Positions 1 through 8,995 of a stretch of 64,000 nt of DNA are shown here, one piece after another; within the stretch, counting starts at the first letter, position 1; every line of letters starts with the position of its first letter. The notes beneath the pieces were generated by a model. The model saw nothing but the letters and a program-made list of their open reading frames with translations. It was not told the DNA's origin and searched no databases. Source of the stretch: Minisyncoccia bacterium (GTDB taxonomy: Bacteria; Patescibacteriota; Minisyncoccia; Phycocordibacterales; UBA9973); assembly GCA_041737125.1 (NCBI GenBank), contig JBGSSJ010000011.1:33568-97567 (forward strand). Direction: 5' to 3'. Made by a program: the position numbers and the translations under genes.

Positions 1-352
1 TTTTTAACACAGAGTGTTATTACACTAAAACCTATAAAGTAGTGATTGATCTGCCATAACTCAATCGATATTCACTGGGTATTATCTTAACTTATTTCTT
101 ACATAGAGTCAAGTAAAGGCATACCTTGGGGGCATGCCTTGTTTTCGAGAAGCTTACTAGAAGGGATTTATTACCAAATATCTGTATTTTTCCCATAATG
201 TGGACGATCCTCTCCCATCATAAAATCATTTAATCCCCTTCTCATTTCCTGGAATTTTTCTTTAATTCCAAGAATAAAACTCCTCAACCGGAGTATTAGA
301 AACTTTTTCATTTGTTTTTATTATACAATAAAAACTTATTTTAGCAAGTGAG

Positions 353-1039
353 TTATTCACTTTTACTATTCTTCCACTCTTCTATCAACTTATGGTTCCC
401 AGATAGTAATACTTTAGGTACTTTATGCTTCTTATTTTTATGCACGAGGATTTCAGGCTTTGTGTATATCTCACTAGTGGACACTCTCTCCTCTTCACGT
501 GAATCAAAGTTACCAAGTACTCCCTTTACTTGTCTTGAAATTGAATCGACAAGTATCATCGCTGGTATCTCACCACCTGTGAGAACATAGTCCCCTATTG
601 ATATCTTCTTTGTCTTTAGTATTTTATCTACACGGGCATCGATACCTTCATACCTGCCACAAATCATAATAATGTCTGTATATTTCTTGGAGAAATTCTT
701 CGCCAGGGTTGTAGTGAACTTCTCTGCTTGAGGAATAAAGTTTATAGTTAGAACTTTTCTATTTTTTCTCTTAGTAATTTTCTTCACTACACTCTCAACC
801 GCTTTTATTATAGGCTCTGCCATAATCACCATTCCTGGGCCTCCACCATAAGGTCGCTCGTCTATCTGCGCTGATATATTACCATCGGGCCAGACTTTCT
901 TGTACTTACCTGTGACGAATTTGCGAGGATTCACAAAAGATACTGCGATCCTCTTATCCTTTATAGCCCTACCCAAAATAGACTCTGAAAGATATGAGTC
1001 GAACATCTCCGGGAACAATGTAACTATGTAGAAATTCAT
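353..1039 (-). CDS. trmD: tRNA (guanine37-N1)-methyltransferase TrmD
   Basis: 228 aa; N-terminus 'MNFYIVTLFPEMF' and overall length typical of TrmD; located in rpsP-KH-trmD neighbourhood. Confidence 0.9.
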   Translation of the reverse strand: MNFYIVTLFPEMFDSYLSESILGRAIKDKRIAVSFVNPRKFVTGKYKKVWPDGNISAQIDERPYGGGPGMVIMAEPIIKAVESVVKKITKRKNRKVLTINFIPQAEKFTTTLAKNFSKKYTDIIMICGRYEGIDARVDKILKTKKISIGDYVLTGGEIPAMILVDSISRQVKGVLGNFDSREEERVSTSEIYTKPEILVHKNKKHKVPKVLLSGNHKLIEEWKNSKSE

Positions 1040-1045
1040 ACGGTT

Positions 1046-1056
1046 AATATATCACA
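1046..1056 (-). promoter_or_regulatory. extended -10-like box TGTGATATATT 6 nt upstream of trmD ATG (identical 11-mer upstream of thrS)
   Basis: minus-strand sequence ...ctttgTGTGATATATTaaccgtATG; same 11-mer at 10222-10232 before thrS ATG. Confidence 0.4.
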
Positions 1057-1120
1057 AAGTTATACCTTTGACACTCTTATAAATAAATGCATAATAAAAT
1101 AAACACAAAAAAATTTTATA

Positions 1121-1480
1121 ATGGAAAATTTAAAGAACATAGATATTATTCATCAATACACTGATGATCTATTGCATGATGGAGGTAAAGCCCCTGATGT
1201 TTACAAAAACTCTAGATATGCCAAAGAATTACTACAAAGAGGTAGGAACGTAATATCTGAAGTTGGGAAATACCTTCTAAAAGACATCTTACCTTCTTTG
1301 AAAACAAACAGGTTTGAAAAGATTGAGAAGGAAACAGTAGCACACGGTTGGGTAATTTTGCTTTGCAGTATTAAAGATAGACACAATATTGAGATCGGAC
1401 GTGTTGTATTTGGAGCAAATTTAGAACTGTGGGCGAAATGGGCAGCTGAATACAGCATACCCGAAAATAATAGTAGTTAA
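1121..1480 (+). CDS. hypothetical protein (119 aa), opposite strand to surrounding operon
   Basis: intact ORF in intergenic gap between trmD and KH-protein gene, followed by hairpin+T-run terminator; no recognisable family. Confidence 0.45.
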   Translation: MENLKNIDIIHQYTDDLLHDGGKAPDVYKNSRYAKELLQRGRNVISEVGKYLLKDILPSLKTNRFEKIEKETVAHGWVILLCSIKDRHNIEIGRVVFGANLELWAKWAAEYSIPENNSS

Positions 1481-1489
1481 AGAAAAGAA

Positions 1490-1528
1490 AAACCCCGCAC
1501 ATAATGATGGCGGGGCCTTTACTTTTTA
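1490..1528. terminator. bidirectional intrinsic terminator (ccccgc..gcgggg stem, T-runs both sides)
   Basis: aaaaaCCCCGCacataatgatgGCGGGGcctttacttttt between convergent genes 1121..1480(+) and 1537..1881(-). Confidence 0.6.
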
Positions 1529-1536
1529 TAGTGAGA

Positions 1537-1881
1537 TTAAATTCCTTTCAAATCTTCCAATGCTGCATCGACTGACCTGGATGCGTCACTAGCAGACATA
1601 GCAGGTGCACTTTGCATACTTGCCTGGTGTGTACCTCCTTCTGGTTCATTGATCTTCAAGTTCACACGAGCGTTATTCTTCATACCTATTACACGTAGTA
1701 GTGTACGGATAGCTTTCGCAGTGTTACCTTGGCGGCCAATTATCTTACCCATGTCGGCACTATTTACTGTCATGGTAATCAGTACTCCCATTTCATCAAC
1801 TGTACGATCAATTTTTACATCATTTGGGTTATCAACCAACGCTTTAACCACATATTCTAGAAATGCTTTATCATCTGTCAT
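1537..1881 (-). CDS. KH-domain RNA-binding protein (KhpA/YlqC-like) with low-complexity C-terminal tail
   Basis: KH GXXG loop 'MGKIIGRQGNTAKAIRTLL'; canonical position downstream of rpsP; ORF extends to 1974 but internal Met at 1881 gives family-typical N-terminus (start uncertain). Confidence 0.7.
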   Translation of the reverse strand: MTDDKAFLEYVVKALVDNPNDVKIDRTVDEMGVLITMTVNSADMGKIIGRQGNTAKAIRTLLRVIGMKNNARVNLKINEPEGGTHQASMQSAPAMSASDASRSVDAALEDLKGI

Positions 1882-1984
1882 AAATTCTTTTAGTATTACT
1901 CGTAAATGTACTGCAGTGTATCGACTACAACCTGCAATAGGATTATTATACCATAAGTCCTTTTTTGTATGCAATTATATTAAA

Positions 1985-2014
1985 ATCCCCTCCGACGTAG
2001 GTCGGAGGGGATTT
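1985..2014. terminator. perfect 13-bp-stem palindromic hairpin between rpsP and KH gene (possible attenuator/partial terminator)
   Basis: aaaatcccctccgac-gtag-gtcggaggggatttt, U-rich flanks on both strands. Confidence 0.5.
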
Positions 2015-2017
2015 TAA

Positions 2018-2323
2018 TTATGCTTTTTTAAGTTCTTTACGTGCTTTGGTAGGAGATTTCTTGGATAGGACATTCTTCTTCTTACCATCGATAACTTTCT
2101 GATGGACTAGGAAGTTGTGGACAGTAGCAGATGCTTGAGCTCCATTACTCATCCAGTAAGATATACGATCATTCTTAAATAATACTTCCCCACTCTTTAG
2201 ATTATAAGATCCGAGGATTTCTTTGAACTTACCACTCTTAGTTGAGTTTTTAGAATCAGTTAAAACGACACGGAAGCTCGCGTCATTCTTACGACCTATT
2301 CTTTGTAGTCTAATTTTTAACAT
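2018..2323 (-). CDS. rpsP: 30S ribosomal protein S16
   Basis: 'MLKIRLQRIGRKNDASFRVV' is the classic bS16 N-terminus; 101 aa. Confidence 0.95.
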   Translation of the reverse strand: MLKIRLQRIGRKNDASFRVVLTDSKNSTKSGKFKEILGSYNLKSGEVLFKNDRISYWMSNGAQASATVHNFLVHQKVIDGKKKNVLSKKSPTKARKELKKA

Positions 2324-2349
2324 AGGGCTATACTACCATAAAGTATTAT

Positions 2350-4365
2350 ATGAATCAAGCGTCATTTTTATGTTATACTAACAAGGTGAAAAATAAACAA
2401 AAAAGGCATGATTCTCACCCTACAAAAAAGGTTGTTGAGAGTAAACATAAAAAGGAAATAAGTAGATATATAGAAGGTATTATACACATATCCCACAAAG
2501 GTATAGGTGTTGTTCGCATACAACATACAGATGACACAGTAGAAGTCGAGCACAACTTCCTACACACAGCTTGTAATGGTGATACTGTCCGAGTACTCCT
2601 CCATCCAAAGAGGAAAGACCTTGACCAGACAGGCGAAGTATCCGAGATACTACGTCGTTCGAAAATTGGCTTCTCTGGAATCCTCGAGAAAGAGCACGAT
2701 ACTTACTTCCTCATACCTAGTGATTTGAAAATGTATTCAGACATAGTCATCCCTTCGGACAGATTAAACGGTGCACAAATTGGACAGAAAGTATTCGTCA
2801 TTATTACTGAGTGGAAAGATGCAAAGAAAGCTCCTATTGGTGAAATAGTGAAGGTCCTAGGTATGCCAATGGAACACAATGCCGAAATGGAAGCTATCGC
2901 TCTTGAGAAAGGATTTGATGCAGTCTTCCCTACTCCTGTTGAGAAAGAAGCACAAAAGATTGCAGAAATAGGAATTACTGAGAAAGATTTAAAAGGTCGC
3001 CGGGACCTGCGCACAACTACGACTTTCACTATAGACCCAGAAGATGCCAAAGATTTCGATGATGCTATATCATTCAAAAAGTTACCTAATGGTCACTATG
3101 AAGTAGGTGTTCACATAGCCGATGTGTCTTACTATGTCAGACCCGATACAGCACTTGATACTGAAGGACGCCGTAGGGGGACATCAGTGTACCTCGTAGA
3201 CCGCACTATCCCTATGCTACCCGAAGAATTATCAAATGGTTTGTGTAGTCTAAATCCAAATGTAGATAGGCTCACATTCTCGGGAATATTTGAGATTGAT
3301 AGTAAAGGTGAAGTATATAGTGAGTGGTACGGCAGGACAGTCATTCACTCTGACAAACGTTTTACTTATGAGAATGCCCAGAAAATACTTGATGATGGAC
3401 ATGGCATATTCTTTGAGGAATTACACACACTCAATAACATAGCGAAAAAGCTTCTAAAGAAACGCTACGATGAAGGGGCTATATCCCTCGAACAAGATGA
3501 AGTGAAATTCAAATTAGACGAGAACGGTGTGCCAATATCCGTCTTTACCAAACAACGCGGTGACACACATAAACTCATCGAAGAGTTCATGCTTCTTGCC
3601 AATAGAAGAGTCGCAGAATATATGTCACCGAAAAAAGGTGGCAAGCAAAGCGTCTTCTTATATCGTATTCACGGATTACCAAACAAAGAGCGAATGCAAG
3701 ATCTTGTGAATTTCTTGCGCAAGCTTGGCTATAATATGAAGCTCAAAGATGGAATAATTCCATCAGAGGAAATAAATGCTCTAGTTGGTAAGCTCGAGCA
3801 CAATCCCCTTCGTGATACAGTGCACAGTGCTATTATCCGCACAATGGCCAAAGCAATTTACTCTACAAAGAATATTGGTCACTATGGTCTAGGCTTTAAA
3901 TTCTATACTCACTTCACTTCCCCAATTCGCCGATATCCAGACATTATAGTGCACAGACTTTTAGAATATTTCATCGAAGGTAAACCTATACCGAAAGAAA
4001 GATTTTTTGAATATGAGAAGATGAGTAGCGAAGCTTCCAGTCGCGAGAAGGAAGCCGCCGAAGCTGAGCGCGCATCCATAAAGTATAAACAAGTAGAATA
4101 CATGTCTACTCGTATAGGATCTAAATACACAGGCGTCATTACCGGAGTTACTGAATGGGGTCTATACATAGAAGAAGAGAAGACCAAATGTGAAGGCATG
4201 GTCCGCATGCGCGACCTATCAGATGATTACTATACCTTTGATAAGAAGTATATGAGCATCCGAGGTAGTAAGACTCACAAGAAGTACACTCTGGGCGACA
4301 AAGTCAAATTTGAAGTTATAGGAGTAGATAGGAATAAGAAAACTATTGATTACAAAATAATATAG
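2350..4365 (+). CDS. rnr: ribonuclease R / RNase II-family 3'-5' exoribonuclease (RNB domain + C-terminal S1)
   Basis: 671 aa; RNB catalytic region '...RRDLRTTTTFTIDPEDAKDFDDAIS...'; S1-like C-terminus 'KYTGVITGVTEWGLYIEEE'. Confidence 0.9.
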   Translation: MNQASFLCYTNKVKNKQKRHDSHPTKKVVESKHKKEISRYIEGIIHISHKGIGVVRIQHTDDTVEVEHNFLHTACNGDTVRVLLHPKRKDLDQTGEVSEILRRSKIGFSGILEKEHDTYFLIPSDLKMYSDIVIPSDRLNGAQIGQKVFVIITEWKDAKKAPIGEIVKVLGMPMEHNAEMEAIALEKGFDAVFPTPVEKEAQKIAEIGITEKDLKGRRDLRTTTTFTIDPEDAKDFDDAISFKKLPNGHYEVGVHIADVSYYVRPDTALDTEGRRRGTSVYLVDRTIPMLPEELSNGLCSLNPNVDRLTFSGIFEIDSKGEVYSEWYGRTVIHSDKRFTYENAQKILDDGHGIFFEELHTLNNIAKKLLKKRYDEGAISLEQDEVKFKLDENGVPISVFTKQRGDTHKLIEEFMLLANRRVAEYMSPKKGGKQSVFLYRIHGLPNKERMQDLVNFLRKLGYNMKLKDGIIPSEEINALVGKLEHNPLRDTVHSAIIRTMAKAIYSTKNIGHYGLGFKFYTHFTSPIRRYPDIIVHRLLEYFIEGKPIPKERFFEYEKMSSEASSREKEAAEAERASIKYKQVEYMSTRIGSKYTGVITGVTEWGLYIEEEKTKCEGMVRMRDLSDDYYTFDKKYMSIRGSKTHKKYTLGDKVKFEVIGVDRNKKTIDYKII

Positions 4366-4369
4366 AAAT

Positions 4370-5989
4370 ATGAGTAAATTAAAATACATTGCCCTCTTTA
4401 TCCTTTTAGGTTCTACTGGATTTGCTTTTGGTTATTTTGCATCACAAACTATGACAGATACAAATGTAAAGAATCAAAGAGCTCAAGTTATACAAGAAGA
4501 GGTAAAAATACCTGAGCCTCCAAAAATAACAAAAATATCTTTCGTAGGAGATATGATGTTTGATCGAAGTGTTCGCACATCAGTGAATAAAAACTTCAAA
4601 GGAGATTATAATGAACTCTTTATCCACCTCAAAGAACTTGCAAATTCAGATATATTATTTGGCAACTTAGAGGGCCCAGTATCTGATGTCGGTAACAATG
4701 TCGGTAGTAAATACTCTTTCCGTATGGATCCACTAGTCCCTTCTACACTAGTGAATGCAGGCTTTGACATAGTGTCATTTGCTAACAATCACGTCGGTGA
4801 CTGGAATGTAAAAGCATTTGAAGATACTTTAAAAAGATTAGGTGAAGTAAATTTGAAACAAACAGGAGCCGGTATGAACAAGACGGAAGCTGAACAAGTA
4901 ACAATAATAGAACGCAATGGAGTTAAATTCGGCTTTATCGGATTCTCTGATGTAGGACCGGCATGGATGGAAGCGAAGGAAAACAAGTCTGGTATACTGC
5001 TCGCCAATAATCCAAGATTTAAAGAAATAATAAGTAATGCAAAACAAAATGTAGATGTATTAATTGTATCTTTCCACTGGGGCGATGAATACAAAAAGAT
5101 TCACAATAAAAGACAGGAGACACTAGCACATAGTGCGGTAGATAGTGGCGCAGATATGGTCATCGGCCACCATCCTCATGTCATGCAAGATATAGAAGTA
5201 TACAATGGTGCACCTATTGTCTACTCACTTGGTAACTTTATATTTGATCAATACTTCTCTGTAGATACAATGCAAGGCATGCTATTTGAGGCGACATTCG
5301 AAGACAAAACTTTGAAAGATACAAAAAGTAGAATCATTACTCTCAATAAGAAGTACCAACCAGATGGTATTTATGAAAGTGTTGAAGAAGCCGCTCTCGC
5401 AAACGCTTGCCCGAAACCTACAAAGATATATGAGGATTATTCATACCTCGGTGTCGATCAAGGCGTAGCAATTCCTGACACAACATACACACCGTCTGAT
5501 TTGCGACCAGTAAAGAAAGATATATCTACTGGAAGTTTCTGTTTGAAGAAGGAAGCAGTGACAGCAATAGAAGAAATGTTTGCGGATGCAAAAATGGATG
5601 GCTATATGTTGAAAGTATCCTCTGGCTTTCGTGATTATGGAACACAAGTGACAATACTTAATAATAATCTAAAAAATACTAATCAAAATGTTTCGACTTC
5701 CGTTGCGAAAGCAGGCTACTCCGAGCACCAGCTAGGTACAGCAATTGATATAACTAGCCCCTCAGTGAACAATGCTGGTGCTTCGAAGATATTCGAAGGA
5801 ACGAAAGAGGCAGCGTGGCTTGAAACCAACGCCCATAAATATGGTTTCATCCAAAGCTATCCTAAAGGCAAAGAAGATATCACAGGCTACATATACGAAC
5901 CATGGCATTATAGATATGTAGGTAAAGACCACGCAGAAGCAATCACAAAAAGTGGCGAAACAATAAATCAATATTTAAAAAATCTATAA
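4370..5989 (+). CDS. membrane-anchored fusion: CapA/PgsA-type metallophosphatase domain + C-terminal M15 (VanY-like) D-Ala-D-Ala carboxypeptidase domain
   Basis: N-terminal TM; 'SFVGDMMFDR', 'FANNHVGDW', 'GHHPHV' (CapA/calcineurin-like); C-terminal 'SGFRDYGTQ', 'YSEHQLGTAIDI', 'EPWHYRYVG' (LAS/M15 zinc-peptidase motifs). Confidence 0.7.
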   Translation: MSKLKYIALFILLGSTGFAFGYFASQTMTDTNVKNQRAQVIQEEVKIPEPPKITKISFVGDMMFDRSVRTSVNKNFKGDYNELFIHLKELANSDILFGNLEGPVSDVGNNVGSKYSFRMDPLVPSTLVNAGFDIVSFANNHVGDWNVKAFEDTLKRLGEVNLKQTGAGMNKTEAEQVTIIERNGVKFGFIGFSDVGPAWMEAKENKSGILLANNPRFKEIISNAKQNVDVLIVSFHWGDEYKKIHNKRQETLAHSAVDSGADMVIGHHPHVMQDIEVYNGAPIVYSLGNFIFDQYFSVDTMQGMLFEATFEDKTLKDTKSRIITLNKKYQPDGIYESVEEAALANACPKPTKIYEDYSYLGVDQGVAIPDTTYTPSDLRPVKKDISTGSFCLKKEAVTAIEEMFADAKMDGYMLKVSSGFRDYGTQVTILNNNLKNTNQNVSTSVAKAGYSEHQLGTAIDITSPSVNNAGASKIFEGTKEAAWLETNAHKYGFIQSYPKGKEDITGYIYEPWHYRYVGKDHAEAITKSGETINQYLKNL

Positions 5990-5992
5990 TAA

Positions 5993-6032
5993 AAAACCCT
6001 TACTTATAAGTAGGGGTTTTTTATTTAGCGTA
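5993..6032. terminator. bidirectional intrinsic terminator between convergent genes
   Basis: aaaaaCCCTTACTTAtaAGTAGGGGtttttt hairpin with flanking A/T runs. Confidence 0.6.
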
Positions 6033-8297
6033 AACGCTGGCGTCTTCGAGGTGGATAGATAGAAGCTTCGATACTCCTGCGGAGTCCATAGTCACACCGT
6101 AGAGGACATTCGCACGAGACATTGTCTCCCTATTATGAGTCACAACTATGAGCTGTGAATACTTGGATAGATTCTCAAGCATGTTACCGTACTTTCTGGA
6201 ATTTGCTTCATCGAGTGCTGCATCTGTCTCATCGAGAACAAGGAATGGTGGAGGGTTTACTTGAGATATTGCGAATAAGAGTGCGATAGAAGTAAGGGAC
6301 CTCTCACCACCGGATAGCATATGCAGGTCTTTCACTTTCTTGTGAGGGAGAGCTATGTTTATCTCTATTCCGCGTTCGAATCCGAGCTCTTCTTCCTCGG
6401 CTTCATCACTCTCATCTACGAATTCATCTTCATCCTTTGAAGAGATTCTAGACTTCTTATGTTCCATAACTACAGAGAGGAATGCAGAACCTCCTCCGAA
6501 CATTAGAGCGAAGAATTCTTGGAATTGTTTATTTATCTTCTCTACACCTGTTTTGAATTCTTCATCAAGGGTATCTTTCAGTTCTTGGATTAACAATCGC
6601 AAAGATTCCACACTCTTCGTCAAATCCACAATCTCACGGCCGAGGAATAAGTCGCGCTCTTCTGTATCTTGATACTCTTTGAGCACATCGGCTCCCGAGC
6701 TTGAGCCTATGTCTTCGAGCTTTATCTTTATGCGTTCTATCTTACGACGAAGTTCATCTTGAGTTGCGCGCACTACTTCATAAGTCACTCGCTCACTTGC
6801 ATAGCCTATGACTTCCCTCCCTATCATAGCTCCTGCTTCAGCAAGCTCCATCTCATATGCATTCTTTATGAGTAGTAGCTTCTCTTCTTCGAAGTGCAGT
6901 GAATGCATACTTGAAGTCACTTCATTCTTCTCGCGAAGTGCTTCATATAATACACGCTCACCTTGGCGTAAATTAATCTGCATTTCTTGCTCGCGAATAC
7001 GCAGGTCGGATATCATAGAGAGTATAGACTTCTCGTTCTCTGTTATCTTACTCAGGTCCATATTTATCTTATTACGGACTTCTTTCATCTCTTCATATTC
7101 TTTACTTATCTTGCTGTCTATCTCACTCTCTCTATTATCTACCCCTGAACTATCTTTACCTAGGGAGTTTATAACTTCCCTCATAGCGTGAAGTACTTTA
7201 GTTATGTCATTCTTATCTTCAAGAAGTAGAGCTTGCTCAATTTTATCTTTGATACTTGCCACAGCTTCCCTCCACTCAGACTCTTTAATTACTTTTTCTG
7301 TTGTAGTATTCGCACGCGCACGTTCACGCTCGATGGAATCGATAATCCCTTCTATGCGCCCAAGCTTACGTACTAGCTCATCCTTCATTGAGCGCAAATC
7401 TACAAGCTTGATCTCGTATTCTTTAATCTGTTTTATATGTTCGCTCTCTGTTTGGTCTTTATTATTATCTTTCTGTAATTCTTCTATGTGGGAATCAAGC
7501 GACTTCATCTTCTCTTCTAAGTCATGGCGAAGTGAATGTAGTCTCTTTGTTTCTATGTCTATATATGTAGCCTCACCTGCGAAATATGTCTTATACATAT
7601 CTCGAAGCTCTTCCCTCATATCACGAGCTTTCTCTACGATAGCGACCTGCTTCTTGAGGAATGCTAAGTGTGGCGCTATCTCCCGACGAGAAGCTTGTAC
7701 TTCCTTCATATTCAAAATTGTTTTCTCTAATTTCCTTTCTGATTCACGAATTCGGTACTGATAAATCTTAAGACCTAATGCATCTTCAATCATAGCTCTA
7801 CGGTCTTTATTCGAAGCATTAAGTACTCTATCTGCTTCACCTTGAGAGATAATATGGTGACCAGAGCTACCAATGTTCACAGAGGAAAGTAAATCTATAA
7901 TATCTTTTAACCTTACTTCTGTATTATTGATACTGTACTTATTCGCCCCGTCAGCAAAAACTTCACGAGAAATAGATATCTCATCATAATCAAGTGATAC
8001 TCCAAGTCCGCTATTCGTAAAAGAAAAAATCTTTTTGCTATTATCAAAAGTAATAGTTACACTAGCGCGGTTTGATGATGGAGTATTTTTGGAACCTTTA
8101 AATATTAAATCCACCCCTCCTTTACCACGGAGTGACTTCATAGATTGCTCACCTAATACGAAGCGTATAGATTCAACAATGTTTGATTTACCAGAGCCAT
8201 TAGGCCCCACAACTGCAGTAATAGGAGAGAGGAATGAGACAGAGCTCTTCTTCCCGAATGATTTGAAACCTAGTAGTTCGATAGATTTCAATGTCAT
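6021..8297 (-). CDS. smc: SMC-family chromosome-partition ATPase, short form (758 aa; no obvious hinge)
   Basis: N-terminal Walker A 'AVVGPNGSGKSNIVESIRFVLGEQ'; long coiled-coil middle; C-terminal signature 'LSGGERSLTSIALLFAI...LVLDETDAALD'; start overlaps rnc stop (rnc-smc operon). Confidence 0.7.
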   Translation of the reverse strand: MTLKSIELLGFKSFGKKSSVSFLSPITAVVGPNGSGKSNIVESIRFVLGEQSMKSLRGKGGVDLIFKGSKNTPSSNRASVTITFDNSKKIFSFTNSGLGVSLDYDEISISREVFADGANKYSINNTEVRLKDIIDLLSSVNIGSSGHHIISQGEADRVLNASNKDRRAMIEDALGLKIYQYRIRESERKLEKTILNMKEVQASRREIAPHLAFLKKQVAIVEKARDMREELRDMYKTYFAGEATYIDIETKRLHSLRHDLEEKMKSLDSHIEELQKDNNKDQTESEHIKQIKEYEIKLVDLRSMKDELVRKLGRIEGIIDSIERERARANTTTEKVIKESEWREAVASIKDKIEQALLLEDKNDITKVLHAMREVINSLGKDSSGVDNRESEIDSKISKEYEEMKEVRNKINMDLSKITENEKSILSMISDLRIREQEMQINLRQGERVLYEALREKNEVTSSMHSLHFEEEKLLLIKNAYEMELAEAGAMIGREVIGYASERVTYEVVRATQDELRRKIERIKIKLEDIGSSSGADVLKEYQDTEERDLFLGREIVDLTKSVESLRLLIQELKDTLDEEFKTGVEKINKQFQEFFALMFGGGSAFLSVVMEHKKSRISSKDEDEFVDESDEAEEEELGFERGIEINIALPHKKVKDLHMLSGGERSLTSIALLFAISQVNPPPFLVLDETDAALDEANSRKYGNMLENLSKYSQLIVVTHNRETMSRANVLYGVTMDSAGVSKLLSIHLEDASVYAK

Positions 8298-8298
8298 A

Positions 8299-8994
8299 TT
8301 AGTCTAGCCAATCTTTAATTTCGAGTGCCGACCTAGCTGCTGCTTGCTCTGCTTCTTGTTTACTTTTGCCTTTACCAGTTGCTACTTGTTCACTTCCGAA
8401 GAATACGCCCACAGTAAAGTGCTTGTCGTGATCAGGACCTACTTCATTTATAACTTTATATACTGGGGTAATGCTCAAATATTCTTGGGACTTCTCTTGG
8501 ACCAAACTTTTCGCATCGCGCCATAGCTTCTGCGCTACTATCATATATATTTTGCCGAATAAAGTTTTCGATATGAACATGCGTGCTTGATCATAGCCTT
8601 GGTCTATGTAAAGTGCACCTACGTATGCTTCATAGGTATTGGCAAGTATATAGCTTCGTGCTCTTCCTGCGTCTTTGGCTTCACCCTTTGAAAGCAATAG
8701 GAAATCATTCATACCTAGCTCTTGAGCAACTTCACCTATGATAACTGCATTCACTAGAGCAGAGCGATAAGCCGTAAGCTCGCCCTCATCTCGATCTGGG
8801 TATTTGTTGTATAAGTAATCAGTCACTATAAGCTCAAGCACTGCGTCACCCAGGAATTCAAGGCGCTCATTATGAGAGAGTTTTGAACCTGTATTTTCAT
8901 TTATATAGGAACGGTGAATAAAAGCTTGCTCAAGAAGCTTCTTATCTTTAAAAGTTATTTTAGTTTTCTCTTCAAATTTGGATAAATCTACCAT
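8299..8994 (-). CDS. rnc: ribonuclease III
   Basis: RNase III signature 'HNERLEFLGDAVLEL'; C-terminal dsRBD; 231 aa. Confidence 0.9.
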   Translation of the reverse strand: MVDLSKFEEKTKITFKDKKLLEQAFIHRSYINENTGSKLSHNERLEFLGDAVLELIVTDYLYNKYPDRDEGELTAYRSALVNAVIIGEVAQELGMNDFLLLSKGEAKDAGRARSYILANTYEAYVGALYIDQGYDQARMFISKTLFGKIYMIVAQKLWRDAKSLVQEKSQEYLSITPVYKVINEVGPDHDKHFTVGVFFGSEQVATGKGKSKQEAEQAAARSALEIKDWLD

Positions 8995-8995
8995 A

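Noticed and set aside
348-590. Plus-strand 80-aa ORF overlapping trmD 3' end
   Set aside because: It lies antisense to and within trmD, with no motifs. A 47-aa minus-strand ORF at ~195-338 downstream of trmD was also seen but is too short and unconserved to call.
6355-7761. Plus-strand ORFs 6355..6672, 6808..7191, 7204..7761, 8035..8307
   Set aside because: These are antisense to the SMC gene, Ser-rich low-complexity translations, and typical shadow ORFs of a coiled-coil gene.
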